DNA of 64,000 bases from Escherichia phage PSa2, in sequence record OL770310; one strand, written 5' to 3'. The position numbers and the translations under genes were made by a program. Shown here one piece after another: positions 9,708 to 18,499 of the stretch (position 1 is its first letter; every line of letters begins with the position of its first letter). The notes beneath the pieces were generated by a model, which saw nothing but the letters and a program-made list of their open reading frames with translations, did not search any database and was not told where the DNA came from.

Positions 9708-11582
9708 ATGAATCGCAATGAAGAACTAAAGTATAAAGGAATGCAGTCCTTGATTCGAAACTGCAAAGAAATTATCGAAGGTTCAGCAGATGAAGAACTG
9801 CTGTTTAATAATGCCAATAAGCCCTCAGAACGTTTCCCTACACAAAGGGACATGCTTGCAGGGGAATTGAGTAAATATCTGATTCTGGAAGAAATGCCAA
9901 TCCAGATTCGAAATGCTCACATGATTGGTGATATTCACTTCCATGATGCTGATTACGCTGCGTTAGGTATGACTAACTGTTGCCTGGTTGCTTTGGAAGA
10001 TATGTTGAAAAACGGTATGAAGGTTGGTAATGCTGAAATCAGTACGCCAAACTCCATTACTACTGCGGCTGCTATTACAGCTCAGATTATTACTCAGGTT
10101 AGCTCCCATCAATATGGTGGTACTTCTGTAGACCGATTAGATGAAGTACTGGCTCCTTATGTTCGTAAGTCTTATGATAAGAATCATGCGTTTGCAAAGC
10201 GTTGGACTAAGGATGAAGCCAAAGCATCTGTAATGGCTACGGAAATGACTGAGAAAGAAGTTTACGATGCCTGTCAAGGTCTAGAGTATGAAATCAATAC
10301 GATGTTCAACTCTAATGGTCAGAGTCCATTTATTACCTTTGGTTTTGGTCTAGGAACTTCCTGGGAAGCACGTCTTGTACAGAAAGCAATCTTAGAAGTG
10401 CGTATGGATGGTTTGGGTATCAATAAACGTACAGCTATCTTCCCTAAACTGGTATTTGTTTTGCGTGATGGCGTAAACATGAAACCTGGTGATGTTAACT
10501 ATGATATCAAGAAGTTAGCTATGAAATGTACTGCTGAACGTATGTATCCTGACTACATCAGTTATGATAAGGTTGTAGAAGTTACGGGAGACTACAAAGT
10601 CTCTATGGGCTGTCGTTCATTCCTGGCTGCTGCGGAAGATGGTGAAACTTCTGGTCGTAACAACTTAGGCGTTGTTTCCGTAAACCTTCCTCGAATCGCT
10701 ATCGAAGCGGAAGGAAATATTGATCTATTCTTCGATCTGCTTGAGCTGCGTGTGGATACCGCGTTAAAAGCATTGGAGTGGAGGGTTGATCGCTTAAAAT
10801 ACATTCAAGCTAAAGCTGCGCCCATCCTCTATATGTCAGGAGCCTTTGGATTACGTCTGGGACCCGATGAATATGTATTTGATCATTTCTACAAGCGTGC
10901 TTCTGTATCTCTAGGATATATTGGTTGCCACGAAATGTTGCAGCTCATGTTTGGTAAAGATGTAGATACAATGTCTGAGTCTTGTATCAAGTTCGTTCAA
11001 CGTGTGCTACAATATATGCGTGATCGTGCTGATCAGAAGAAGGAAGAGACTCAATTAGGTTATAGTCTGTATGCTACACCATCTGAATCTCTATGTGATC
11101 GCTTTTGTCGCCTAGACCGTGAGTATTTCCCAGAGCATGAAGATATTCTGGCTAAAGGATATTACACTAACTCCCATCACCTTGATGTAGAACGTAAGGT
11201 TGCTCCAAACGTGAAGTTTGATTATGAGTCTAACTTTACCCCTATTGCTTCTGGTGGGTGCATTTCCTATGTGGAACTACCGGATATGAAACGATTCCCA
11301 GATGCGCTGGAATGGGTTATTAACTATGCCGCAAGTAAAGTTCATTACTTCGGTATTAATACTCCAGTAGACTCTTGTGGGGAATGTGGGTTCTTGGGTG
11401 AAACTATAGCTTCTGAGGATGGTTTCAAATGCCCTATTTGTGGCAACCATGATCCTGAGACTCTTGAGGTAACTCGTCGAGTTTGTGGCTATCTTGGAAA
11501 TCCAGGTGCTCGTCCGTTTAACCCAGGTAAACAACATGAGGTTATGGGTCGAGTGAAACATCAGGACATTCGCGCTAAATAA
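9708..11582 (+). CDS. nrdD: anaerobic ribonucleoside-triphosphate reductase (class III)
   Basis: 624 aa; C-terminal glycyl-radical motif (RVCGYLG) and zinc-ribbon cysteines (CGECG...CPICG). Confidence 0.9.
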   Translation: MNRNEELKYKGMQSLIRNCKEIIEGSADEELLFNNANKPSERFPTQRDMLAGELSKYLILEEMPIQIRNAHMIGDIHFHDADYAALGMTNCCLVALEDMLKNGMKVGNAEISTPNSITTAAAITAQIITQVSSHQYGGTSVDRLDEVLAPYVRKSYDKNHAFAKRWTKDEAKASVMATEMTEKEVYDACQGLEYEINTMFNSNGQSPFITFGFGLGTSWEARLVQKAILEVRMDGLGINKRTAIFPKLVFVLRDGVNMKPGDVNYDIKKLAMKCTAERMYPDYISYDKVVEVTGDYKVSMGCRSFLAAAEDGETSGRNNLGVVSVNLPRIAIEAEGNIDLFFDLLELRVDTALKALEWRVDRLKYIQAKAAPILYMSGAFGLRLGPDEYVFDHFYKRASVSLGYIGCHEMLQLMFGKDVDTMSESCIKFVQRVLQYMRDRADQKKEETQLGYSLYATPSESLCDRFCRLDREYFPEHEDILAKGYYTNSHHLDVERKVAPNVKFDYESNFTPIASGGCISYVELPDMKRFPDALEWVINYAASKVHYFGINTPVDSCGECGFLGETIASEDGFKCPICGNHDPETLEVTRRVCGYLGNPGARPFNPGKQHEVMGRVKHQDIRAK

Positions 11583-11589
11583 TGAATCA

Positions 11590-11625
11590 GCCAGGTTGCT
11601 AGTCGACCTGGCTTTTATTTTATTT
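11590..11625 (+). terminator. rho-independent terminator after nrdD
   Basis: Stem GCCAGGT/ACCTGGC with 9 nt loop, followed by TTTTATTTTATTT. Confidence 0.7.
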
Positions 11626-11652
11626 GCTTTCTAGCTAAAACTTATGTATAAT
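11624..11652 (+). promoter_or_regulatory. early promoter module (TTGCTT-N17-TATAAT)
   Basis: -35 TTGCTT 11624..11629, -10 TATAAT 11647..11652, then TGATTTATAAATTTGAGAGGAG leader and ATG at 11681. Confidence 0.65.
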
Positions 11653-11680
11653 TGATTTATAAATTTGAGAGGAGAAAGCT

Positions 11681-11962
11681 ATGAGTGAATTGCTTCCTAA
11701 AGTAGATGTTTCCCATCTTGGAGAGCCTAGTGAAGAACGTAAGGCTCTAGATTGGTTGGGCGGATTTGATTATCGTCGTGTTGTTGCAACATGGAATGAT
11801 AAGAAAGTTAAGAAGTTTCGGGTACATTATGTAGGTAAAGACAAGTGGCTCTGGATTGATTATGAAGAATCGAAGGGGTCTACTAAGGCTGTGAAAATTT
11901 ATCGTATGTATGGGTATTATTATGCTCACTGTGATAAGAATGAATTTACAGTACAGAACTAA
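11681..11962 (+). CDS. hypothetical protein
   Basis: 93 aa ORF directly behind a promoter/leader module. Confidence 0.5.
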   Translation: MSELLPKVDVSHLGEPSEERKALDWLGGFDYRRVVATWNDKKVKKFRVHYVGKDKWLWIDYEESKGSTKAVKIYRMYGYYYAHCDKNEFTVQN

Positions 11963-11971
11963 GGAACAAGA

Positions 11972-12175
11972 ATGAAAAACGTAAAACATCTCAAATATCG
12001 CTTAATTTACAACGGACGTATGGAAACAGAAGATCTAGCTCAGCTAGCGATCAATTCAGATGAAGTTACAGTTCGTGCTTTGTCCATCGAGAAGCTGCGT
12101 GCTTCTTACGAAAATCGTATTATGGAATTGGAGGAAAAACTTTATGGACTTCTTGAATCAGAATCTAAAAAGTAA
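11972..12175 (+). CDS. hypothetical small protein
   Basis: 67 aa ORF with SD-like AAGGAACAAG upstream. Confidence 0.35.
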   Translation: MKNVKHLKYRLIYNGRMETEDLAQLAINSDEVTVRALSIEKLRASYENRIMELEEKLYGLLESESKK

Positions 12176-12338
12176 TTTAGAAAATATGCTCATGGAGCAG
12201 TGGAATGCTGGGTATAATGCTGGAGTAGCTACCTGTATTGCTGGTTTGGATATGCTTATTAAGCAAGAGAAGGTTCGCCCAGAAGAAGCAATTCTGCTCC
12301 AAAATATCATCGAAGGATTCAAGCAAGGAATCGTATAA
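12144..12338 (+). CDS. hypothetical small protein (ORF track 12060..12338; internal Met with GGAGGAAAA SD preferred)
   Basis: ORF track; SD GGAGGAAAA 7 nt upstream of the ATG at 12144. Confidence 0.35.
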   Translation: MDFLNQNLKSNLENMLMEQWNAGYNAGVATCIAGLDMLIKQEKVRPEEAILLQNIIEGFKQGIV

Positions 12339-13152
12339 TGCGTAGACTAATCGTTGTTAGTGGTGCAGGTTTGAGTGTAGATAGTGGTGTTCGTGCTTTC
12401 CGTACTGATACTGCTAGTGGGAAATCCTTGTGGGATGAGTACGATCTAGAGGAAGTATGTAATATTCATGCCTTTCGTGGTAATTTTACCATAAAACTCA
12501 TATGTTTTACAACAAACGTCGTGAAGAGTTACAAACTGTTGAACCTAACCTAGCTCATTTGCGTATTGGTGAATGGTATAAACGGTATCCAAATCAAGTG
12601 GTAAACCTTACTACCAATGTTGATGATCTAATCGAACGTGCTGGAGTGCCGAGAGAAGATATACTCCATATTCATGGATATCTGAAAGAAATTATTGTAG
12701 AGCATGCGTTCGACCAGACACGTGATGTTATTGATATTGGGTATAGTTCTATTGATCCAGATGACTTTGATTGGGTTAAACCTAACGTTATCTTCTTTGG
12801 TGAGGTTGCTCCTGCCTATAAAACAATGTATGAGGTTTTTGATGGTATCACCAGTCATGATATGATCATCATTGTTGGGTGCTCTAACCAAGTAATTAAC
12901 TTCTACTGGGAGCTATTTCCTGTTCTGAATCTTACTGCTGCAAAACTTATGGTAGTTAACTATTACGATAGTGCAGTAGCTATGGAACCAGGCTATCAGG
13001 GCATGACTCGTAGTGAAATGTATCAGTTAGAAGAACGTGGTATTCCTTACTGGAGTAAAGGTGCTGTGGATGCCTTTAGTGATCCCGATTTTATTGCTCG
13101 TGTGGAAGCTCATCTAGAAGGTAAACCCTATGTTCAACAAAAGCATGTGTGA
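12338..13152 (+). CDS. Sir2-family (sirtuin-like) NAD-dependent protein, reading frame interrupted near 12484..12505
   Basis: Frame-2 ORF 12338..12553 carries VVSGAGLSVDSGVRAFR...SLW (sirtuin NAD-binding signature); frame-1 ORF 12502..13152 carries FYNKRRE..PNLAHL, TTNVDDLIERAG, HIHG, VIFFGE, IIVGCS. Halves overlap in different frames. Confidence 0.6.
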
Positions 13153-13312
13153 TCTTTTAGTGTGGCCGGATGGTAGTTGGTGCTACCGTTTCGAATTTGC
13201 TACCGATGATTTCTCATGGAAGAGTGATGATTTCTGTGTTATCTATGAAGATACAGCAGAATGGAAAGAGTTCCTTATTAAGGAGGGAGAATATGGTGAA
13301 GAAGATTTTTAA
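13130..13312 (+). CDS. hypothetical small acidic protein
   Basis: 60 aa ORF ending EYGEEDF; overlaps the Sir2-like stop. Confidence 0.35.
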   Translation: MFNKSMCDLLVWPDGSWCYRFEFATDDFSWKSDDFCVIYEDTAEWKEFLIKEGEYGEEDF

Positions 13313-13478
13313 GGGTATCTGGAAAGGTCTAGTATGGTTTGTCAACCTAATCGGTATGATTACCATTTATTCTCTGTTCCTATCTGTTATGTGGGGTAAA
13401 GGTGAGCTGAAGGTTCCAGTTCCTTTTACTGATGAAGTTAAAGTCTGGACGTGGGATGCTACTGGTGGAAATAAGTAA
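13293..13478 (+). CDS. small membrane protein (track ORF 13170..13478; SD-supported start 13293)
   Basis: AAGGAGGG SD then ATG; MVKKIFKGIWKGLVWFVNLIGMITIYSLFLSVMW has one clear TM helix. Confidence 0.4.
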   Translation: MVKKIFKGIWKGLVWFVNLIGMITIYSLFLSVMWGKGELKVPVPFTDEVKVWTWDATGGNK

Positions 13479-13971
13479 TACTCCTATAATTTTCCTGGAT
13501 ATTGATGGGGTGCTCAATTCGAGCATCTCTCACCATCATGCTCCAGATAGTGAAAAGCTATTCTTTGGTAGTGATTGGGTTTATAAGCCATTACTCCAGG
13601 CTTTTCAGAACTTCCTTAAACCTTCTCCAATAATGATTGTTGGGGTATCTTCATGGTTTTCTGTACGAAACGAGATGGAGAACGTCCAGATTATGACCGG
13701 ACTCGGTTTGATCGATCGTTTCCTTGGTACAACAGATTTTACTGGAGGTGGTTTATCTCGAGGTAATTCTGTCTTACGTTTCGTAGAAAAACATAAGCTC
13801 AAGCATTGGTGCGTCCTAGATGATGCTGGTGCTATGATGTACCAATTTCCTACTGTTATTGTAAATGGCAGGACTGGAATAAACCTTCAAGATTTAAATA
13901 CTATCAGCTATATGCTGGAATTTAGTCCAGATCTTGAAATGTGTAAGGCTCTTCAGAAACTCAAGGTGTAA
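13432..13971 (+). CDS. HAD-superfamily phosphatase (possible nucleotidase)
   Basis: HAD motif I IIFLDIDGVLN near the N-terminus; alternative start at 13456. Confidence 0.6.
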   Translation: MKLKSGRGMLLVEISNTPIIFLDIDGVLNSSISHHHAPDSEKLFFGSDWVYKPLLQAFQNFLKPSPIMIVGVSSWFSVRNEMENVQIMTGLGLIDRFLGTTDFTGGGLSRGNSVLRFVEKHKLKHWCVLDDAGAMMYQFPTVIVNGRTGINLQDLNTISYMLEFSPDLEMCKALQKLKV

Positions 13972-13973
13972 AT

Positions 13974-14402
13974 ATGTTCGATAATCTTTTCATGAAAGAG
14001 GTAAATCCTATGCTCCTCAACTTCTGGCGTTCTCTCCCTAATGGTATGTATAATGAAACCATCAATCTGCTCAAGATTTGGTGTGAGAATAACGATATCT
14101 TCTTATCCTTTAAAGGCCCACTAGAGGAAGCTCCGTGTATTGGAGTTAGCGTGGATTTAGGGGAGGGAGTAGAAGAGATTGTAGACTGGAAAGAACTCGA
14201 TGAAATGGGTCTGGTTTTTGCCTTGAACCATAAGCTGTTTATGCCTGCAAATCACCGTCTTATTGTAAATTATCGCACTGGTGAAGCTCCTGCTTTCCAG
14301 GTAAATGAACGTGAGGGCTGGTCATATTCGCCCGAGGAAGTAAATGAGGGGATTCAGAAACTTCGTCGTTTCGGGTATATGATCCCAGGTTTAACTGCTT
14401 AA
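13974..14402 (+). CDS. hypothetical acidic protein, paralogue A
   Basis: 142 aa; shares W.ELDEMGLVFALN...TGEAP.FQV...GYMIPGL with the next ORF. Confidence 0.6.
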   Translation: MFDNLFMKEVNPMLLNFWRSLPNGMYNETINLLKIWCENNDIFLSFKGPLEEAPCIGVSVDLGEGVEEIVDWKELDEMGLVFALNHKLFMPANHRLIVNYRTGEAPAFQVNEREGWSYSPEEVNEGIQKLRRFGYMIPGLTA

Positions 14403-14411
14403 GGAGGCAGA

Positions 14412-14807
14412 ATGGAACAAGTATTTTGGCGTCAGATAGATCCTAGTTTGGTAGAGCGTGCTGAGGGGCTCCTTGCACGTTGGTTGGGGGTTGACAAGGT
14501 TAGTGTAACATTTCCGTTTACTTCTGTAACAGACCCTAGTGTAGGTGTCTTTGTGGACGAAGATGAAGATGATGGTTGGGAAGCTGACTGGAATGAATTG
14601 TCCAGCATGGGCTTGATTGTTGCCCTCAACTTCTCTATATTCCACCCACGTGGTTTAGCTATTACACGTGATCCCGAAACCGGTGAATCCCCTTATCTTT
14701 TGCAAGTAGAAGATGATATTTGGGAGTACACCGAAGGTATTCTCGAAGAAGCTAAAGGTCAATTAAATCGTATTGGGATCTATGTCCCGGGCCTAAATGA
14801 TGATTGA
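14412..14807 (+). CDS. hypothetical acidic protein, paralogue B
   Basis: 131 aa, net charge about -19 by hand count; WNELSSMGLIVALN...TGESPYLLQV...GIYVPGL. Confidence 0.6.
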   Translation: MEQVFWRQIDPSLVERAEGLLARWLGVDKVSVTFPFTSVTDPSVGVFVDEDEDDGWEADWNELSSMGLIVALNFSIFHPRGLAITRDPETGESPYLLQVEDDIWEYTEGILEEAKGQLNRIGIYVPGLNDD

Positions 14808-14898
14808 TTTTCATTAGCTCAATCCTGATTACCGAGTCATTTTGGCTCGGTTTTCTCTGTGCTCAAAGACACTGATAGCACCTTCGGAAAAATTTTAC

Positions 14899-14927
14899 TT
14901 GCAGGATGCTCAAAATCTTGATATAAT
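14899..14927 (+). promoter_or_regulatory. early promoter module with no ORF behind it (TTGCAG-N17-TATAAT)
   Basis: -35 TTGCAG 14899..14904, -10 TATAAT 14922..14927, leader ATTTATATTGAATTGAGAGACATT; no start codon in the expected position. Confidence 0.5.
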
Positions 14928-15423
14928 ATTTATATTGAATTGAGAGACATTAGTAAAAATTGATTTTGCTAATTTTTCTTGTTTACAATCCGCAATACGG
15001 AACAGTTAGGCTGCCCCATTAAGGGTTGTTTTAACTATTACTAGTGTTTATACTGCATTAGTTAATTATCAATTAAGTGATCTGCGTACCCTGAATTCGG
15101 AAAGGTAAATCCAAACCGTGCATATTTAGCTCGTTATATAGGCAGAGCTTTATATGGGGGTGCGAACGAAAAGAGCAGCGAATGGTGACACGTCCAGTAG
15201 CCACCTACCAATAGGATAGTGAGGGCAATCAGAATCGGCTTAGCGGCCAATGACCTAGGTTCTGATCTGGATAAGAGTTAAGAGAGCGCAGCACTGAGGT
15301 ATGATAACTTATTCATACTGCTTGATGATGATTAATGTTTGTGTAAATGGTAGTAATAGTTGTTCTATTCTTTTGAATAGTCCTAAAGAAAGATATTCGA
15401 ATAACCAACATAGGAGTATTGTT

Positions 15424-18213
15424 GTGTTCTCAATCCTACAAGGCCACGCAGGATTTTCCAGAGATAAAGCTACTGGCATCTGGAAAGAGATCAAAGTGGA
15501 AGATTATACCTTTGCAAAGCGATTCTCTAAAGAGCATCCAGAAGGTAAACCAGCTTCCATGCCCTTCAAATTTGATGTACTTGAAGAACTTGACCCGCAA
15601 AACCTTGCTGAAATGTTACCTATCATGCGTCGTCTTACCAAAGACCCGCATATTGTAGCTATTCGGGGTAAATGTCTAGCTCCAAAAGATAATGTGCGTC
15701 GTACCAGGGGAAACTTTAACGTATCCAATCCTAGTCATATTATTGCTATGGACGTGGATGGTATTGTAGATACTGGTGGCTATGACAAGTTTAATCTTGT
15801 TGGCATGGCACGTCATATTATTAAGATGTTGAATAGTATTAGTGAGGATATGTTTCCTCTTGATGCAGGGTTTATTGCCCATGCATCGTCTTCGGCTGGG
15901 TTAAAACCAGGTATCCGAATGCACTTAATGCTAGAATCTAATGTCAAGGTAACGCAGGGACAGTTAAAGTTCTTATTTACATCTATCAATGATAGTAGTA
16001 AGCAAAAGTACGGCTTTGATATTGCTGACTTAGCTTATTATTCTTCTGTTCAGCTTCACTATTTCGCAGATCCCTTATTTGATGATGGTATAGTCGATCC
16101 GTTTAAAGCGGAGAATAAACCACGTCTTGTGTATGTTAAGGGTTCGAAGGTAAATCTACCTAATAACCTAGTTGACTTTGAAACAACTAGAGGTGAGTTT
16201 AAAGAAGAGTTCTACTCCTTACTTGACCAAATTAAAGGCAAGAAGGCTGCATCTGATAAAGTGGAAGAAACCATCAGCGAACTAGAAGAAGCTGAGGATG
16301 GAGTGTACCTGCGTATTATTCCAAAACTTTATCACAGAGCGTTAGAAGATGGTGTTGACTTTACGTGGTTAGAACGTGAGATTAAACCAGCTTTATCTGA
16401 GTATATTGCGACTAAAGATAATAGTCGTAATATTCAAGATTACTTTAATAACGGTCGTAAGCAGGCTCTCAAAGCCTTTGTAAATAACTCCAAACGTGAG
16501 ATTCCACCAAACTTAAAAGGTGTACCATTAAAACGTCTAGACACAGATTCTCCACCAGAAGTTCCATACCTGAAAATTAACATTGTACCACCAAAAGGAC
16601 ATTTAACATTTGTTAAGGCAAGTCTTGGTACGGGTAAAACTACAGCAGTAACTAAGTGGCTAGATGCAGGTGTTCTTCCAGGGAACTTTATTGCAATCAC
16701 AAATACTAGAGCACTTGTATCTTCTAACGCGAAGAAATTCGGTGCTGGCCAGTATGATAAGTCAGTTGATATGCTGAACTTCAAACGTGGTGCTATTGAT
16801 CGTATGTCTTCAACTATTCACTCTATCCATAAGTTCAAGAGCTTTGTGGGTCAGATTGATACGATCTTTATTGATGAATGTGACGCAGTAATGAATGATC
16901 TGTTATTCGCTCCGGTTGTTAAAAACCGTCGTGAATGTATTCAGGTTCTTCGTGATATCCTTATTACTGCTAAAACTGTTATCTTATCTGATGGTGATAT
17001 CAGTGCAGAAACGATTGAAGCCTATGGTTCTTTGATTGATTTTGATAAACCAGTTGCATTCTATAATCATCACCGTAAAATGCTGGCGAAAGCTCACGCT
17101 TATGAATTCCCTGACGAATCCAGTATTTGGGTTGCACTTCAAACATCTCTAGAGATGGGTGAGAAGTCAATCCTAGTATCTGACTGTGGACCAGATGAAC
17201 TGAATGAAAAGGGAATGGCGTTACGTCGTAATACTGGTGCGTTAGTTAAAGAAATTCACTCAAACTCTACGTCTGATATAGATATCCGACGTATTCTGGA
17301 TTATACAACTAATGAGCTAATTGATCAACAGATTGATTGTTTGTTATGTAGTCCATCTGTAACGAGTGGTGTTGACTTTAACTATTTTGATAACGTATTC
17401 GTAATCACTAGAACCTCAAACCAAGCGCCAAACATGCGTTTTCAAGCAATCAGGCGCGACCGTGGTGCTCAGAACATTTATTATTTTATTGATAAATCTA
17501 CGAGTGGATTCTCTGCGGGTTCCGAGCAATATAATATTGACGAGGGTTGGATTGAGTTAGCTCAGCAACTGTACGCACGCCGTCGTGAGCTGGAATCTAG
17601 AAACTATACTAGTACTTTGCGCTATTATCTGCTTGATCAGGGTGCAACTATCGATATTTTCAGCGAAAGCTGGGGAACTATCGAAGGTGCAGGAAAAGAG
17701 TATACAGAAGAGCGAATCAAAGCTATTTTGCACTCAACTCCTGAATATTGTGCACCACGTCATGCAGATGCCTATGAAGCCAAGTTACTTCTGGTTCGCT
17801 ATTATCATCTGGATTCTATTAAAGATGTAACAGTGGAACACGTTGAACAGTATATCAAGGATAAACCAAACGATAGAGCTGCATTCTTCCATAAGATGCA
17901 CGAGATGTTCTGGGAAGATATTAAGAAGTGTTCAAATGTAACAATCAAACCGTTTATTGAAGCTCTTAAGAATAAGAAGAAGGATTTCTTCCTTAAGACA
18001 GGTCAGAGCGCTAACCCAAAATATGCTCGTATGTATCTTGGCATGATGGGTATCGGTAAAGATCTGGATACGGAAAAGATTGTGGACTGGTACAGAACTT
18101 ACTGTAAGATCGAATGTATGCCGATTCCAGTTAAGTTTATGACAGATGAAGAACGTCAGATGCATGAGGAAGCTCTTGCTGAATTGGGGGCTAGAAATGA
18201 CAGCGAAGAATAA
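15424..18213 (+). CDS. SF2 helicase, replication-origin-binding-protein type (ORF track start 15301; GTG 15424 with TAGGAG SD preferred)
   Basis: Walker A KASLGTGKTTAV, Walker B IFIDECDAV; ~930-970 aa. First ~40 track codons are low complexity. Confidence 0.7.
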   Translation: MFSILQGHAGFSRDKATGIWKEIKVEDYTFAKRFSKEHPEGKPASMPFKFDVLEELDPQNLAEMLPIMRRLTKDPHIVAIRGKCLAPKDNVRRTRGNFNVSNPSHIIAMDVDGIVDTGGYDKFNLVGMARHIIKMLNSISEDMFPLDAGFIAHASSSAGLKPGIRMHLMLESNVKVTQGQLKFLFTSINDSSKQKYGFDIADLAYYSSVQLHYFADPLFDDGIVDPFKAENKPRLVYVKGSKVNLPNNLVDFETTRGEFKEEFYSLLDQIKGKKAASDKVEETISELEEAEDGVYLRIIPKLYHRALEDGVDFTWLEREIKPALSEYIATKDNSRNIQDYFNNGRKQALKAFVNNSKREIPPNLKGVPLKRLDTDSPPEVPYLKINIVPPKGHLTFVKASLGTGKTTAVTKWLDAGVLPGNFIAITNTRALVSSNAKKFGAGQYDKSVDMLNFKRGAIDRMSSTIHSIHKFKSFVGQIDTIFIDECDAVMNDLLFAPVVKNRRECIQVLRDILITAKTVILSDGDISAETIEAYGSLIDFDKPVAFYNHHRKMLAKAHAYEFPDESSIWVALQTSLEMGEKSILVSDCGPDELNEKGMALRRNTGALVKEIHSNSTSDIDIRRILDYTTNELIDQQIDCLLCSPSVTSGVDFNYFDNVFVITRTSNQAPNMRFQAIRRDRGAQNIYYFIDKSTSGFSAGSEQYNIDEGWIELAQQLYARRRELESRNYTSTLRYYLLDQGATIDIFSESWGTIEGAGKEYTEERIKAILHSTPEYCAPRHADAYEAKLLLVRYYHLDSIKDVTVEHVEQYIKDKPNDRAAFFHKMHEMFWEDIKKCSNVTIKPFIEALKNKKKDFFLKTGQSANPKYARMYLGMMGIGKDLDTEKIVDWYRTYCKIECMPIPVKFMTDEERQMHEEALAELGARNDSEE

Positions 18214-18430
18214 AAAGTGGGAAACAAGGAAGTTTCCCGTAAAAGAACGTAAAACTTCTGTTTACGATACTGCGGAGAAACTATGTAGGGTTGTACCACC
18301 TCGTCTCGCTGGCATCCCTAACGTCTCCATATGGTTACTTAAACAACGGAAGACTCGTGTGTCTCTTCGCATTGGCTTTGAGTTAGATAAAGTCTATGCT
18401 GAACTTGCTTCTTTGCTCAAAGAATCATAA
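18197..18430 (+). CDS. hypothetical small basic protein (track ORF 18146..18430)
   Basis: ORF overlapping the helicase stop; MTAKNKKWETRKFPVKERK... Confidence 0.3.
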   Translation: MTAKNKKWETRKFPVKERKTSVYDTAEKLCRVVPPRLAGIPNVSIWLLKQRKTRVSLRIGFELDKVYAELASLLKES

Positions 18431-18439
18431 AAATTTTAT

Positions 18440-18468
18440 TTGCTTTCAGGAAAAATTTTCTGTATAAT
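18440..18468 (+). promoter_or_regulatory. early promoter module (TTGCTT-N17-TATAAT)
   Basis: -35 18440..18445, -10 18463..18468, leader AGATTCATAAATTTGAGAGAGGAG, ATG 18500. Confidence 0.65.
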
Positions 18469-18499
18469 AGATTCATAAATTTGAGAGAGGAGTTTAAAT

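Noticed and set aside
15301-15423. Upstream extension of the helicase ORF starting at ATG 15301
   Set aside because: The first ~40 codons translate to low-complexity sequence (MITYSYCLMMINVCVNGSNSCSILL...) with no SD, whereas GTG 15424 has a TAGGAG SD. The extension is probably untranslated.
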